IMG/VR virus record: IMGVR_UViG_3300025133_000026
Length of the DNA stretch: 64,000 bases
Strand: one strand, 5' to 3'
Source of the DNA: a virus
Shown: positions 18,440 through 29,017 of the stretch, piece by piece
How positions within the stretch are numbered: the first letter of the stretch is position 1
How the letters are laid out: every line of letters begins with the position of its first letter
Translations under genes and position numbers: made by a program
The notes under the pieces: generated by a model
Database searches by the model: none
What the model saw: only the letters and a program-made list of their open reading frames with translations
What the model was told of the DNA's origin: nothing

Positions 18440-19006
18440 ATGCGCATTTCTATTATTGGAACAGCAGGTAGACGAGAAGATTACGATAAGCTAAGTAAAA
18501 AGCTTTATATTAATGCTGTGGCTCGACTTAGAGCAGAGCTTCTTCCTTATCAGGAGGAAGAGTTGATTGGAGTAAGTGGTGGCGCCGCATGGGCTGACCA
18601 TATGGCGATTTCCCTCTTTCTTCTTGGTGTGTTCTCTTCTCTTGAACTACACCTCCCTGCCTCTTGGGACCAGCAAAAGAAGCAATTCATTGAAAACAAG
18701 ACTGATTGGCGCTCCTCAGGAAACATTTCTAACTATTACCATCGTCAGTTTAGTAAGAAGATGGGGAAGAATACTCTCTTGACTCTTAATAGTCTTCAAG
18801 GAAACGACAAGGTGGTTTTCTTTACAGGTGGTGGTTTCAAGCAGAGGAACACCACAGTAGCAGAAGCATCAGACAGGATGTTTGCTCTTACCTTCTGCAA
18901 TCATCCTTGGCCTAAGGTCGGGAGCGGCACGGCAGATACTTGGAAGAAAGCCTCTCATCTTCGAGTAGGGGAAGAGAAGATTCATATTAACCTGTGGGAT
19001 CTCTAA
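18440..19006 (+). CDS. SLOG-superfamily (YspA/DprA-like) protein
   Basis: IIGTAGR, VSGGAAWAD, FKQRN, GSGTADT motifs. Confidence 0.75.
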   Translation: MRISIIGTAGRREDYDKLSKKLYINAVARLRAELLPYQEEELIGVSGGAAWADHMAISLFLLGVFSSLELHLPASWDQQKKQFIENKTDWRSSGNISNYYHRQFSKKMGKNTLLTLNSLQGNDKVVFFTGGGFKQRNTTVAEASDRMFALTFCNHPWPKVGSGTADTWKKASHLRVGEEKIHINLWDL

Positions 19007-19056
19007 TGATTTAAGAGAAATGCCGCCGAATAGACAGAAACAAGGAAAAGAAATGT

Positions 19057-20702
19057 ATGTGGTCTGAGTATGATTATTACATTAGCCTAAAAGACTACAA
19101 CCCAAAGAGAATAAAAAGAGTATCGGTGTGGTCTTCAGCTGGTTTGCATAAATATGTTTTTCAAGACAAAGGAACACACTATATAGAGTGGCTTGATGAC
19201 AGAAATAGAATAATTCCAATTCTATTGACATGTAATGAACAAGCTCTCCTGCACTCTTATGATAAGCCTGCCTACATCGGTTGGAAAAGACAAAACAATA
19301 TATGTGTTATGCATTATTTAAATGGTCACTTTTGTACACTTGAAACATGGGCACAAAAAGTTTATAAAAACCTTATGGTTTCAAATGTGTGAACTAGTAT
19401 GTGAAGACTTTTTCGGATGGAAAGTCTATAGCCTTGACTACGATCCTAGTAACGGCGGCTTATTCCCCAAAGGAAAAGCTCTATATATTATAGATGCCTA
19501 TCCTTATGAAAAGATAGATCGGCGAGGGCGGCGGCGAGGCTCTTGTGAGAGCTCACATCCCCACCATGGATGGATACCTGATTTAGTCTTAACAGACAGT
19601 CATGGATATATGCATTCTGATTTTTGCCCAGCACATGTTGAACTTTATGTTGATTCAACAAAAAATAGTAGTGACCATTATATTCATGGCGAATATCTAT
19701 TCAAAAAAGACTTTGAACTTACTGTTCATTATAAAAAGATAATGCTTGGAGAAGAATGAAACAAAAGCTTTTTCAAGAATTTGACTATTACGTTTCTTTA
19801 TATGATTATAATCCTGGCTTTCAACCATATCAAGCACTTTATGTTGATGGTTCTATTGAAAAGGAAATATTTCAAGGCGCAGGACGTTATCTTATTGAAT
19901 ATAAAACAGCAAAAGAAGAGATTCTTCTTCTTTTGCTTATTGTCTCTTTTAATAGACAACTTCACTCTTATGAAGAACCTGCTTATCAGGGTTTTAATAA
20001 ATACAAAAAACCCTCTATAACAAGTCACCATTATATTAATGGACAACTATACCGAAAGAAAAAATGGTTTGAAGAAATAGAATATAGAAAGATAATGCTG
20101 GGTGAAGAATGCCTGAAAAATATGTAAATGTTCTTATTGGTATATCCAAAAAAGAAATCAAACCTAATCTGAAGAAATACAATCCAGATGATTGGGAGAT
20201 TCCTCCTCAAATATGGTTTGAAGACAATTGGAATGATCCACTAGCTTTGGATGATTTAGATTTAGCTACCTATGAAACATATGGAGCTGCTACATTAGCT
20301 CTCTTTGATATTCCAGATGAAGCTATTATTAGAAAGGCCGTATCTTGTCCTGTTCATTACTTTGAAGAAAGAATACATTAAATGATTTATCAACTCCCTG
20401 ATGGGAAATGTTGGCAAAGAACTTGGCCTTTTCTTTTGGAATCAAAATATTTTAAAGGACCAGGGATATATATTAATAAAACAAGCTTAATTCGAGAAGT
20501 TCTGACCATTGATAAAGACGGTTATTTAAAATATTTAATAAGTATTCAAGGTTCGGCAAAAAAAAGACTTCTTAAACGCAAATTCTATTTAACATACAAA
20601 GAAAATCCTCATCTTTGTGAAGATGAAATTGATTATCAATCACTCACTGAGTATTACTATAAACGCGACTACAAACGACTTATTTTAGGATTAGATAAAT
20701 GA
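19057..20702 (+). CDS. tandem paralog-family ORFs 19057..19392, 19385..19759, 19756..20127, 20382..20702, plus unrelated 20109..20381
   Basis: LHSYDKPA, MHSDFCPA, FQGAGRY/LHSYEEPA, FKGPGIY; C-terminal YKxIMLG. Confidence 0.8.
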
Positions 20703-20938
20703 AGCGTATTCAAGTACAAAAGTCTTTGGCACAAACTCAATTCAAGAACCTTCCTCAATGGATTCAAACACCATTTGGATCCATTCATATCAATAAGATT
20801 CTTACTTCTTATGTAAGAAAGCTTATTCCCGCTAACAGTTAAACAAATAGGAAAAACAATGAAGAACATGTTTTTTGCAACGTGCTGCGCAGTAGCACCC
20901 TTTGCTCTTGTCGTCATCCCTCTCTTCTTCCTTTTCTA

Positions 20939-21424
20939 ATGGAATACACTCTAGTTGTATTAGCCATTCTTTTAGTCTATTGGCCAATTTCATACATGGG
21001 AATTTTATTCCATGAGCTTGGACATTACTACATGGCAAGTAAGCTAGATATTGAAGTAGAGGTAATCGAAATAGGAATGGGTCCTGTTCTTTTAGAATGG
21101 GGTCTATTCGCTTTTAAATTATTTCCCTTTGCTGGCTTGATGAAACCAAAAGAAGTCAAGTGGGCTTTCAAAGACCCATCTAAAGGAATTCTTGTCTTTT
21201 TGGCAGGTCCTGCTCTTGGAGCTATTCCATGGGTAATTCTATCTGCAATAACATCTAATCCAATTTTACTGCTTATTGCAACTATTGAAATACTTGGAAA
21301 CTTACTTAACCTCTTTCCATGGCCTGGGTCTGATGGTTTCGGTTTTATTGTTTCTATAATATGTTTCTTTATTCCCAAAAAAACTAGAGACTTAGCTTTA
21401 AAAAGAATTAAACAAAATGACTAA
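20939..21424 (+). CDS. site-2 protease (peptidase M50 family)
   Basis: HELGH in TM segment, LAGP, NLLNLFPWPGSDG. Confidence 0.9.
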   Translation: MEYTLVVLAILLVYWPISYMGILFHELGHYYMASKLDIEVEVIEIGMGPVLLEWGLFAFKLFPFAGLMKPKEVKWAFKDPSKGILVFLAGPALGAIPWVILSAITSNPILLLIATIEILGNLLNLFPWPGSDGFGFIVSIICFFIPKKTRDLALKRIKQND

Positions 21425-21586
21425 AAAAGAAATACAAGAAATTATTGAGGAATATTTAAAAGAAAATCTTGAAATAGAAATCGAAACGTGGGGCCTTCAT
21501 CTTGAAGTTAAGTTAATGTTGAATTCTAATGTAATAAGATTAATAAGTTCTTCAAAAATAGAATTAAAAGAATTAGAGTAATTTAT

Positions 21587-21660
21587 GCCTTTGTAGCTGA
21601 GTGATTTAGCAAGGTCCTTGTAAGACTTAGACGTCGGTTTGATTCCGTCCAGAGGCTCCA
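21587..21660 (+). tRNA. tRNA-Thr(TGT)
   Basis: GCCTTTG/CAGAGGC; loop CTTGTAA; CCA. Confidence 0.9.
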
Positions 21661-21663
21661 TAT

Positions 21664-21741
21664 ACGGATATAGCGCAGTCTGGCTAGCGCACCTGCTTTG
21701 GGAGCAGGGGGTCGTAGGTTCAAATCCTACTATCCGTACCA
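21664..21741 (+). tRNA. tRNA-Pro(TGG)
   Basis: Cloverleaf; loop TTTGGGA; CCA. Confidence 0.95.
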
Positions 21742-21743
21742 TT

Positions 21744-21832
21744 AAAGACAGGCTATAGATAATCTTCCTTCTAAGCACTTTGTGCATTTGACTTTTAATC
21801 AAAACTATTAGATTGTCTGCTTTCCTGTCTTT
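21744..21832 (+). ncRNA. Y-RNA-like stem, copy 1, displaying tRNA-Lys anticodon stem-loop
   Basis: AAAGACAGG/CCTGTCTTT, CTAT/GCTTT internal loop, AGATAATCT/AGATTGTCT, TCCTTCTA, TTTGA-CTTTTAA-TCAAA. Confidence 0.7.
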
Positions 21833-21840
21833 TCCCTTTT

Positions 21841-21913
21841 GGGGTAGGCTATTAAAGATCTTCCTTCTATTTTATTTACAATGCAAAATCAGATCTTTGG
21901 CTTTCCTACCTCA
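21841..21913 (+). ncRNA. Y-RNA-like stem, copy 2
   Basis: GGGGTAGG/CCTACCTC, CTAT/GTCTTT loop, TAAAGATCT/AGATCTTTG, TCCTTCTA; stems differ from copy 1 while loops are conserved. Confidence 0.7.
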
Positions 21914-21935
21914 TCCTTTTTAATCAGGAGATATT

Positions 21936-24002
21936 GTGATTACACTAACCTTTGTCCTTGCTAACCATGGCTACATAGACCTCCCAAGTAATCTTTCTTC
22001 CTTGGGCTTCTCTGCTCCTGTAGATGAGCTTGGTACTGTAATAGCAAATATGGCCTATTATGGTTATGCCCCCTCTGCTGAGGCCATAACTCTTCTACAG
22101 CAGCTAGACAGCGAAGAGCTGCAGTCTTACTGGGTAGAACTTGAGCCGGTCTTGGCAACACTAACTGGTGATGACAAGGACATTGAGTTAGGGATAGTCT
22201 ACAAGAACTTTCCTGCTGAAGTTCTTTCTATGAGCCAGGCTGAGTACTGGTTTAATCAAGTCTGCATGTATGTCGGTTTCTCTAAGGAACTTTTTACTCA
22301 AGAGGAAGAGGAGCGTGCTCCTCTAAATGAAGCTATCGATCTTAAGATTCTTCATGTTGAAAAGAGTAATACTCTTGAGCAGATTGCATCAAGTCTACTC
22401 AAGTCTCCTGTTCGCTGGAACAAGACTGAACAAGAAGAGATCGAATTTATTATTAAGCATGGCACTGTTGCCGTTCTAAGCGAAATCTCCTTTAAGGAGA
22501 ATTTCGCCTCTCTTGCCGAATCCATTCTTGAGATGGAAAATATTCCCTATATAAACTCTACAGATGTTCTTCGAATGGGTGCTGCTCTTTCTGGAGCAGA
22601 CCTTTCTAATGGACCTGTAAGGTTTCGTAAGTTTAAGCGTAGTGAGCGGCGACAGCTTCTTGGAATGCTTTCAACCAATCATCTTCTTAAGAATGATGTT
22701 GCTATGCGGCCTGAGGTCTGGAAGCGATTCCTATACAGTCTACACCCTGGCGACTACAAGGCTCATTATCCTGTTGTCGTAGAAGCTTACAACCAACTCT
22801 ATAAGAAGTCTCTTCCGAAAAGCTATAACTCTAAGATAGAGATTATGCTTGCAGAAAACAACCCAGAAGTTCTTGATCTTCTCGTTACTCGTCCTGGAGT
22901 ATTTCTTCGTAGATTTGTTAAGACTGCTAAGACTTTTGGAAATCTAGCTGCTATGCGATTCACAGAAGTTATTCCAGAGCTAACTATAATGCAACTTGTT
23001 AAGTTTAAGGCTTATCTGGATACAATTTCTTTTCGAGAGACTCGTATCTTTCCTCCAAGAGGCAATTGGACAAAGGCACAAATTGGCGAACCAGTTGGAA
23101 ATATTCCTGGTCGCATTAAGATTATTAGTGCTATCGAAAATGAGCTTAACAAGCGTTTGAGTTTTCGTTATCCTCAAGGTGTCAGTCTTGATCCAATGAG
23201 TTCAGATATTACTTTGCCAGAAAACGACAGCACCCTTACTGAATATAATCGAGGGACTGTATTCCATATTCCTCAAGAAGCCAATTTCGTAAGAACGGCT
23301 TCTTTTTGGACTAGCCCCCGCCACACAGTTTGGTTTGATAATGGTTGGAACTTCTTTAATGAAGAATGGATTGGAATGGACAGTGTTTGCTGGAACAAGA
23401 CAGACGCTATAGGTGCTCTCTTTTCTGGAGATCCATTGAGTTCTAGGACCAAGGATGGTCACGCTTGTCAAGTCATTGATCTAAACATTGATGAACTCAA
23501 GTCTGCTGGTGTCAGATATGCAGTCTGGAACATCCTCTGTTTCTCAGGGAAGAAGTTTTCTGAAGCTCCAGAAGGTGTATTCGGCGCACTTCAATGGGGA
23601 GAAAATGCACAAGAAGGTAAGATTTTCGAACCTTCTCGCGCACAACTTACTTTTACTATTAAGGACGAAGCTCTTACTAAGTACATTGCACTTCTTGATG
23701 TAGAAACACGAAGTATTGTTTATCTTGATGCAAACTTAAAGGGGCATACTCACTCCGCAAAGTCTAACCAAAAGATTCTTACAGAGTTTATGCCTCCGTA
23801 CATGGAGTATATCTATTCTCTACCAACAGTAATGGACTTGTTCGATACTCTTCCCAAGAGTGCAGATGGAACTAAGATTCTATATGATGACAAGGAAGCT
23901 GTTCTTCAAGACGAGGAAGACGCTTATGTCTTTCAGAAATTAAATCCAGAAAGTTCTTTCACTCAAATAAATCTTAACGAAATTCTTTCATCAAAGGAAT
24001 GA
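21936..24002 (+). CDS. ROT/TROVE-like repeat + C-terminal TerD-domain protein
   Basis: AGGAG RBS; VYKNFP..V, RPGVFLRR, RIFPPRG, YNRGT..., FSGD, VIDL..L...GVRY; architecture recalled for the Prok-RING_4-associated family, here without an evident RING. Confidence 0.75.
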   Translation: MITLTFVLANHGYIDLPSNLSSLGFSAPVDELGTVIANMAYYGYAPSAEAITLLQQLDSEELQSYWVELEPVLATLTGDDKDIELGIVYKNFPAEVLSMSQAEYWFNQVCMYVGFSKELFTQEEEERAPLNEAIDLKILHVEKSNTLEQIASSLLKSPVRWNKTEQEEIEFIIKHGTVAVLSEISFKENFASLAESILEMENIPYINSTDVLRMGAALSGADLSNGPVRFRKFKRSERRQLLGMLSTNHLLKNDVAMRPEVWKRFLYSLHPGDYKAHYPVVVEAYNQLYKKSLPKSYNSKIEIMLAENNPEVLDLLVTRPGVFLRRFVKTAKTFGNLAAMRFTEVIPELTIMQLVKFKAYLDTISFRETRIFPPRGNWTKAQIGEPVGNIPGRIKIISAIENELNKRLSFRYPQGVSLDPMSSDITLPENDSTLTEYNRGTVFHIPQEANFVRTASFWTSPRHTVWFDNGWNFFNEEWIGMDSVCWNKTDAIGALFSGDPLSSRTKDGHACQVIDLNIDELKSAGVRYAVWNILCFSGKKFSEAPEGVFGALQWGENAQEGKIFEPSRAQLTFTIKDEALTKYIALLDVETRSIVYLDANLKGHTHSAKSNQKILTEFMPPYMEYIYSLPTVMDLFDTLPKSADGTKILYDDKEAVLQDEEDAYVFQKLNPESSFTQINLNEILSSKE

Positions 24003-24005
24003 ATA

Positions 24006-24236
24006 ATGGACTCTACATTTAATGACTATAAGCTCAGAGTAAGAGCAGCTTATAACAACAACCCTGGTTGGCGATATGGACAAACTATATTCAATGTGCT
24101 CTGTAAAATGAGGCCAGACCTAAGTGAACAAATTAGAGCCACTAAGCTAGACCCATTCTATTCAGATCATCGACCAAAACATGAAGCACAAGCCTTGCAG
24201 GCGAAATGCTTCGAGTGGATCGCCAGTAATTGGTAA
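24006..24236 (+). CDS. hypothetical protein
   Basis: WRYGQTIFNVL...DPFY motif; directly follows the TROVE-like gene. Confidence 0.7.
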   Translation: MDSTFNDYKLRVRAAYNNNPGWRYGQTIFNVLCKMRPDLSEQIRATKLDPFYSDHRPKHEAQALQAKCFEWIASNW

Positions 24237-24243
24237 TCTGCTA

Positions 24244-24383
24244 GCTCTCTATTAGTCTTTCTATTGGGTTATCCGGACGCCACGTAGAATTGATTAGGTT
24301 AGATTGAAACTAAAGTTTCTCTAATAGGTTTAGTTAAGTCGCGCTGCACCTTGACAACCTCCCTAATATCATTAATAGAGAGC
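24244..24383 (+). ncRNA. candidate long-stem RNA
   Basis: GCTCTCTATTA/TAATAGAGAGC, internal loop, TATTGGG/CCTAATA. Confidence 0.35.
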
Positions 24384-24466
24384 ACCTTTTACTATAAGAA
24401 AAAGCAAAGGAGAAAAATGTATTCATATCTATTACTAACAGTTAATAAGATTAATGGGGGTATAGT

Positions 24467-24718
24467 ATGAGTAAACCTACACCATATTCTTTGGTAAAGG
24501 GAAGTATTCTTCTTTGTCTTATTCTTTCCATTCCTCTTTGGTTAGAGCTTGCTCTTAAAGCAATTGTTCTTGGTCTTTTCTTAGGTCCAGTTTGGTATGT
24601 GGCAAAACATATTATGAGCTTCTTGACCAAAAATGAAGACAAGGCACTTGACTGGGCTCAAGATAAAGCATTAGACTATTGGGCCGAGAAAACTAAAGAT
24701 GGATTAATTCCTGAATGA
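24467..24718 (+). CDS. small membrane protein, paralog of 6357..6590
   Basis: LKAIVLGLFLGPVWYVA. Confidence 0.7.
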   Translation: MSKPTPYSLVKGSILLCLILSIPLWLELALKAIVLGLFLGPVWYVAKHIMSFLTKNEDKALDWAQDKALDYWAEKTKDGLIPE

Positions 24719-27359
24719 AAAAACCTATTTCGATTTTCCAAATAAAAACACTTTATCAAAATCTTTGGGAATTCCAAGACCGTTTTTTCAAAATATTTAG
24801 AGAAATATTTCAAGGACCAGGAACCTATGTAGTAGAGATTATTGATTTTGATCTAGAACCCAAGCCGACCCACTGTAAACAAGTTATAGTTCGAGTAAAT
24901 AAAAATAGAACAATTCATTCCAAATTAACACCCGCCTGGATTGAGATTAATTTTAACAAAACTGTATACTGTGAGTGGTGGTGGCATGGACAGCGAATTC
25001 CCTCTGAACAAGGCAAAAATTTGCGTCGACAACTCTTATATAAAGAGATAATGATTGGAGAAAACAATGGCTGAAAGTAAAAAGAGAAATAATGATACTA
25101 AAATACTTCACTGCAGTCCCTGCAAGTCTCATATTTTCCAAGATAAAAGATATGGAAATAAAATGAGAGTGCACAATGGGTGTGCAGGGCCTGCTTATCG
25201 ATGTACTATATGTAGCAATACACGCAATTAGCTTTCCTCAAAAAGATATCCCGTCCCAATGATGGTGGTGCTAGGGAGCAAACCCGACAATAGTTGCTTA
25301 TGAGCTTTATCCGGGGTCGTTGAGGGAGTTGGGGGACTCTTCCTAAGAGGAGAAAACAAAAGTCCCTACCATAGGTAAATTATGGAATTATTTGGCACAA
25401 AAGTTTATGGTATTTTTAACACACAACGTTTTTACCATTATAAAGACCATCCTTTAATGCAAGAAGATCCTTATAAATGGAAACTAAAAGCTTCTATGTA
25501 CCAAGGGCCTGGTCTTTATTATTTTTATAATTATGATAAACAATTGGTTTTGACTTTGGTTAATGAAAATAGAGAAGTCCATTCTAAAGAAATGCCAGCA
25601 TGCACTTGGAGACTGGGGTCATCTCTTAAGCTTAACTGTCAATATTTTATAAATGGAATTATTATAAATAAATCTGAATTTCTTCATCAATTTTATAAAG
25701 AATTATGGAAAGAATAGAAAAACTCTAGAAGCTAACTCTTAGTGGTTGGATTTAACATTAACAAAAGAAAATAATATGACACAATTTCCTAAAATTCTAT
25801 GGGAAGGACCTATTTCACAAGGTTCTTCAACCTTTGGACGAATAGTTGTTGTTAGCAATGACTATAGAATTAAAATACACACTCTTTTTTCTCTTCACAA
25901 GTCAGTGATCGTAGAATGTTCGTCAACAAGAGATTGTATGGGGCAAAGAATCTGGAGAAAAGCCTCTACAGGCTCTTCTGGAACTCAGACACCAATGCGC
26001 GAGCAGGTTCTTACAGCAGCAGTGTGTTCTTTCCTTCCATGATTCTGACTTACTATACAGTCTCTAGATCTTATCTATTTATAGACAATTGGTTTGCTAT
26101 AAAAGAAGACGCCTTTCAAAAGGCCATGGAAGAGAAAAAGAAAGAAGATCAACAAGAAATACCAGATAAAGTTATGTGGGCTTTTCTTACTGTTCTGTCT
26201 CTTGTTCCTATTCTCGGAGAGTATTTTCTTCTTGCAGCAATTGTAGAAAATATAAATAATACATTTGGAAAAGAAGAGGTACAAGACTAAATAGTCTTAA
26301 TGGTATACTCTATGTATGCCACAACCGGTACCCATTTACACTATTTTTATTAAAGATCCACAGACATCATCTCGTTGGGTCAGAATAAGAACACATACCA
26401 AGACAGAAAGAATTCATGGACATCTTGGTCAAAGATATTATAAAGGTCCGGGAACATATATAGTAAAAGATAGCCAAACAGGCCGACCTTTTGCTATTGC
26501 AAGAGTAAATGAAAAAAGACAACTTCATTCAGACACTCTTCCTGGTGTATTGCTTCTTACCAAAAGTACAACCTGGCCCTTCTATTTCACAAAAGGTATT
26601 TATCTTTCAGATACTGAATGGGCAGATCACCAATACAAACTCCTTATGACTTAAAGAATATCTTCTTTAAAACTTTATTATGAAACCAACTCCTATTTAT
26701 ATTATCAAGACAGGATTGTGGCATATTTATCTTTTAGATGAAAATATGCAACTTAATCTGACTATCTTTAAAGGGGCTGGAACATATATTATTCAGCGTA
26801 ATAAAAGTCAATGGATACAAATAGTTAGAGTTAATGAAAAAAGAAAACTCCACTCTCCAAGTTTCAGCAAACCCTCATCTGTTCTTATTCATAAAGATGA
26901 TCTTACACAAATACAAAAAACATATCATTATCATGGACAACAAGTTGAAAGAGAAGAGTTACGTTATCAATGGCTAATGATAAAAGAAAAATCTATATCA
27001 TAGAGAATTATTGGTCCAAAACAAATGCAGGAAGTTTTCAAGAAGCTTTAGATAAAGGACTCTTTCAAGGCTCAGGTGTCTATGTCTTATGCTCAATGAA
27101 GTTAGCTACTGATAGTGCAGAAAACACATGGATTGAAATTATAAAAGTAAATAGCCTGGGAGAAGTTCATTGCTCTCATGGTCATGTTGCAGAATGGTAT
27201 TCTAGTGGCTTCCCAGTACCCCCTAAAAATAAAGAACAATTTTATTCTTTCCATGGGAAGACAATGTCGAAAAAAGAATGGGAAAAAGAAGTATATAGAG
27301 AAATAATGCTTAGAGAAACAAATGATTGTCTGGATAACCCCAAGGAAGAAAAGAATTAG
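24715..27359 (+). CDS. paralog-family ORFs 24715..25074, 25382..25717, 26316..26654, 26680..27003, 26970..27359, interleaved with 25067..25231 (Zn ribbon), 25776..26042 and 26039..26290
   Basis: FQGPGTY, YQGPGLY, YKGPGTY, FKGAGTY, FQGSGVY and (L/I/V)H(S/C) motifs; 25067 ORF has CxxC...FQDxxYG..RVHN..CxxC. Confidence 0.8.
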
Positions 27360-27760
27360 GTTCTATTCTTCTAATAAAGAATGGTTTCATCTTGTCCATG
27401 TAGCAAGAAAAGTTGATGGCAAATGGATTCTTCCTCTTGATTCAAATATTCTACAAGCAATATTTGTTGCTTCTAAAGAAAAAGAATACAAAATGCTTGT
27501 AACAAATAACATTCCAAACAAACACCAATTACTCTTGGGACAATTAATAGAAGAATTAGAGAGAATATTTAATGAGCAAAAGACATCCCCGTAAAGACAA
27601 GAAAAAGTCTAGACAACATACCAAAGACGAACCCGTCTTAGTTAATATAGGGAAATACACTCCCAGCGCAGCTGAAATTCACTCTGATGGAACAATGATT
27701 TATCTTCTCCATCCTACTGGTCTCAATCGTAAACAAAGGAGAAAACATGGCCTGTATTAA
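27322..27760 (+). CDS. two hypothetical ORFs (27322..27594, 27572..27760)
   Basis: Operonic overlaps. Confidence 0.6.
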
Positions 27761-28127
27761 TCAAGCTATGGAGTGGCTCGATAAAGGCCAAAAACTTTTT
27801 AGAGCCGAATGGGCAGCAAAGTCTGCTTATATCTATTTAGAGCAGGATGATCAAATCTTTGTTAATTGGGATGGAACTATACATGAATATGGTCTCAGGC
27901 TTAGTGATCTCACAGCTACAGATTGGGAAATTTATAAAGAAATAAATTTTCAAACTGTAACTAGCTTCAAGGAAGCTTGCTCCCATATGGACCAGGGTGG
28001 ACTTGCTGAAAGATCAGGCGTGAGTCCAGTTAAACTTTGGAGAAATAACTTTTATATTGAAGCTACTTCAGCTCGCTATGCTTTGACTTATCTAGATGTT
28101 ATGGCAACAGATTGGGTTCTTCTTTAA
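27747..28127 (+). CDS. tandem DUF2829/Tad2-like domain protein
   Basis: Two copies of A..L..G....R..W......L...D..A.DW. Confidence 0.6.
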   Translation: MACINQAMEWLDKGQKLFRAEWAAKSAYIYLEQDDQIFVNWDGTIHEYGLRLSDLTATDWEIYKEINFQTVTSFKEACSHMDQGGLAERSGVSPVKLWRNNFYIEATSARYALTYLDVMATDWVLL

Positions 28128-28375
28128 TCCTATCTAAAACTTTAGAGGATGGACTCTTAGAAGTCCATCGCTCTTCTTGCCTTCATCCTCCCGACAATAC
28201 ATATGGTAATCATATGTGTGTATGGGGAGAAGGTGGGTCATGGTTCAGATGGCAAAACAATTGGTACACTGGGTGGCCAAAATCTCAACATAAAGTAAAA
28301 CTTATATTAAAGGATTGTGACAATTGGGAAGAAGCACAAGAGTTTCTTTCCCTAAATCCATACTTAATAGGATAG
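28112..28375 (+). CDS. hypothetical protein
   Basis: Track ORF. Confidence 0.55.
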   Translation: MGSSLILSKTLEDGLLEVHRSSCLHPPDNTYGNHMCVWGEGGSWFRWQNNWYTGWPKSQHKVKLILKDCDNWEEAQEFLSLNPYLIG

Positions 28376-28378
28376 ACA

Positions 28379-29017
28379 ATGAAGATCTTTACTCATAGTG
28401 CACAAGGACAACGCGCCTATCAAGAAGATAGACTTCTTATTCAAGACTCTCTTTTAGTTATTGCAGATGGAATGGGTGGCCACCCCAATGGAGATAAGGC
28501 TGCTACACATGCTGTAGAATGCCTCTCTGCCGTCGCTTCTGAAGTAGAAGAGACCAAGGGTCTCATGAATACTGATGAGCTAACCAGAGGGATTAAGAAC
28601 GCAAATACGCTATGTATTCAAGCGGGCGACCGACGAGGTTCAACAGTTTCTACTGTTTACATTGATAAGGACACTAGTTCTCTTCAAATTGCACATGTAG
28701 GTGATACAAGAATTTATCTAATGCGCGGCCCAAATCTTATCTATCGTACAGATGATCATGGTTATGGCCATACGCTTACAAATTGTCTTGGCTTTCTTGT
28801 CCAAGTAGACACAAAGGTTCTCTCCTATCAGGAAGGAGATATCCTCCTCATGACTACAGATGGTATTCATGATGTATTTGATGGAAGTTATCATCTATAC
28901 TCTGAAATTCAGAAGGCAATTGAACTAGGTTTTAATCCTGCAGAGAAACTATGTAGTCTTGCTATTGACGAAAGAGAGTCTAGAGACAATTGCACTGCAA
29001 TAATATGCCTTCTATAG
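28379..29017 (+). CDS. PP2C/PPM-family Ser/Thr phosphatase
   Basis: RAYQED, IADGMGGH, HVGDTR, TTDG, RDNCT. Confidence 0.93.
   Translation: MKIFTHSAQGQRAYQEDRLLIQDSLLVIADGMGGHPNGDKAATHAVECLSAVASEVEETKGLMNTDELTRGIKNANTLCIQAGDRRGSTVSTVYIDKDTSSLQIAHVGDTRIYLMRGPNLIYRTDDHGYGHTLTNCLGFLVQVDTKVLSYQEGDILLMTTDGIHDVFDGSYHLYSEIQKAIELGFNPAEKLCSLAIDERESRDNCTAIICLL

Noticed and set aside
25250-25345. GC-rich intergenic patch as SRP RNA or riboswitch
   Set aside because: Some pairing potential, but no diagnostic SRP helix-8 or aptamer motif recognised.
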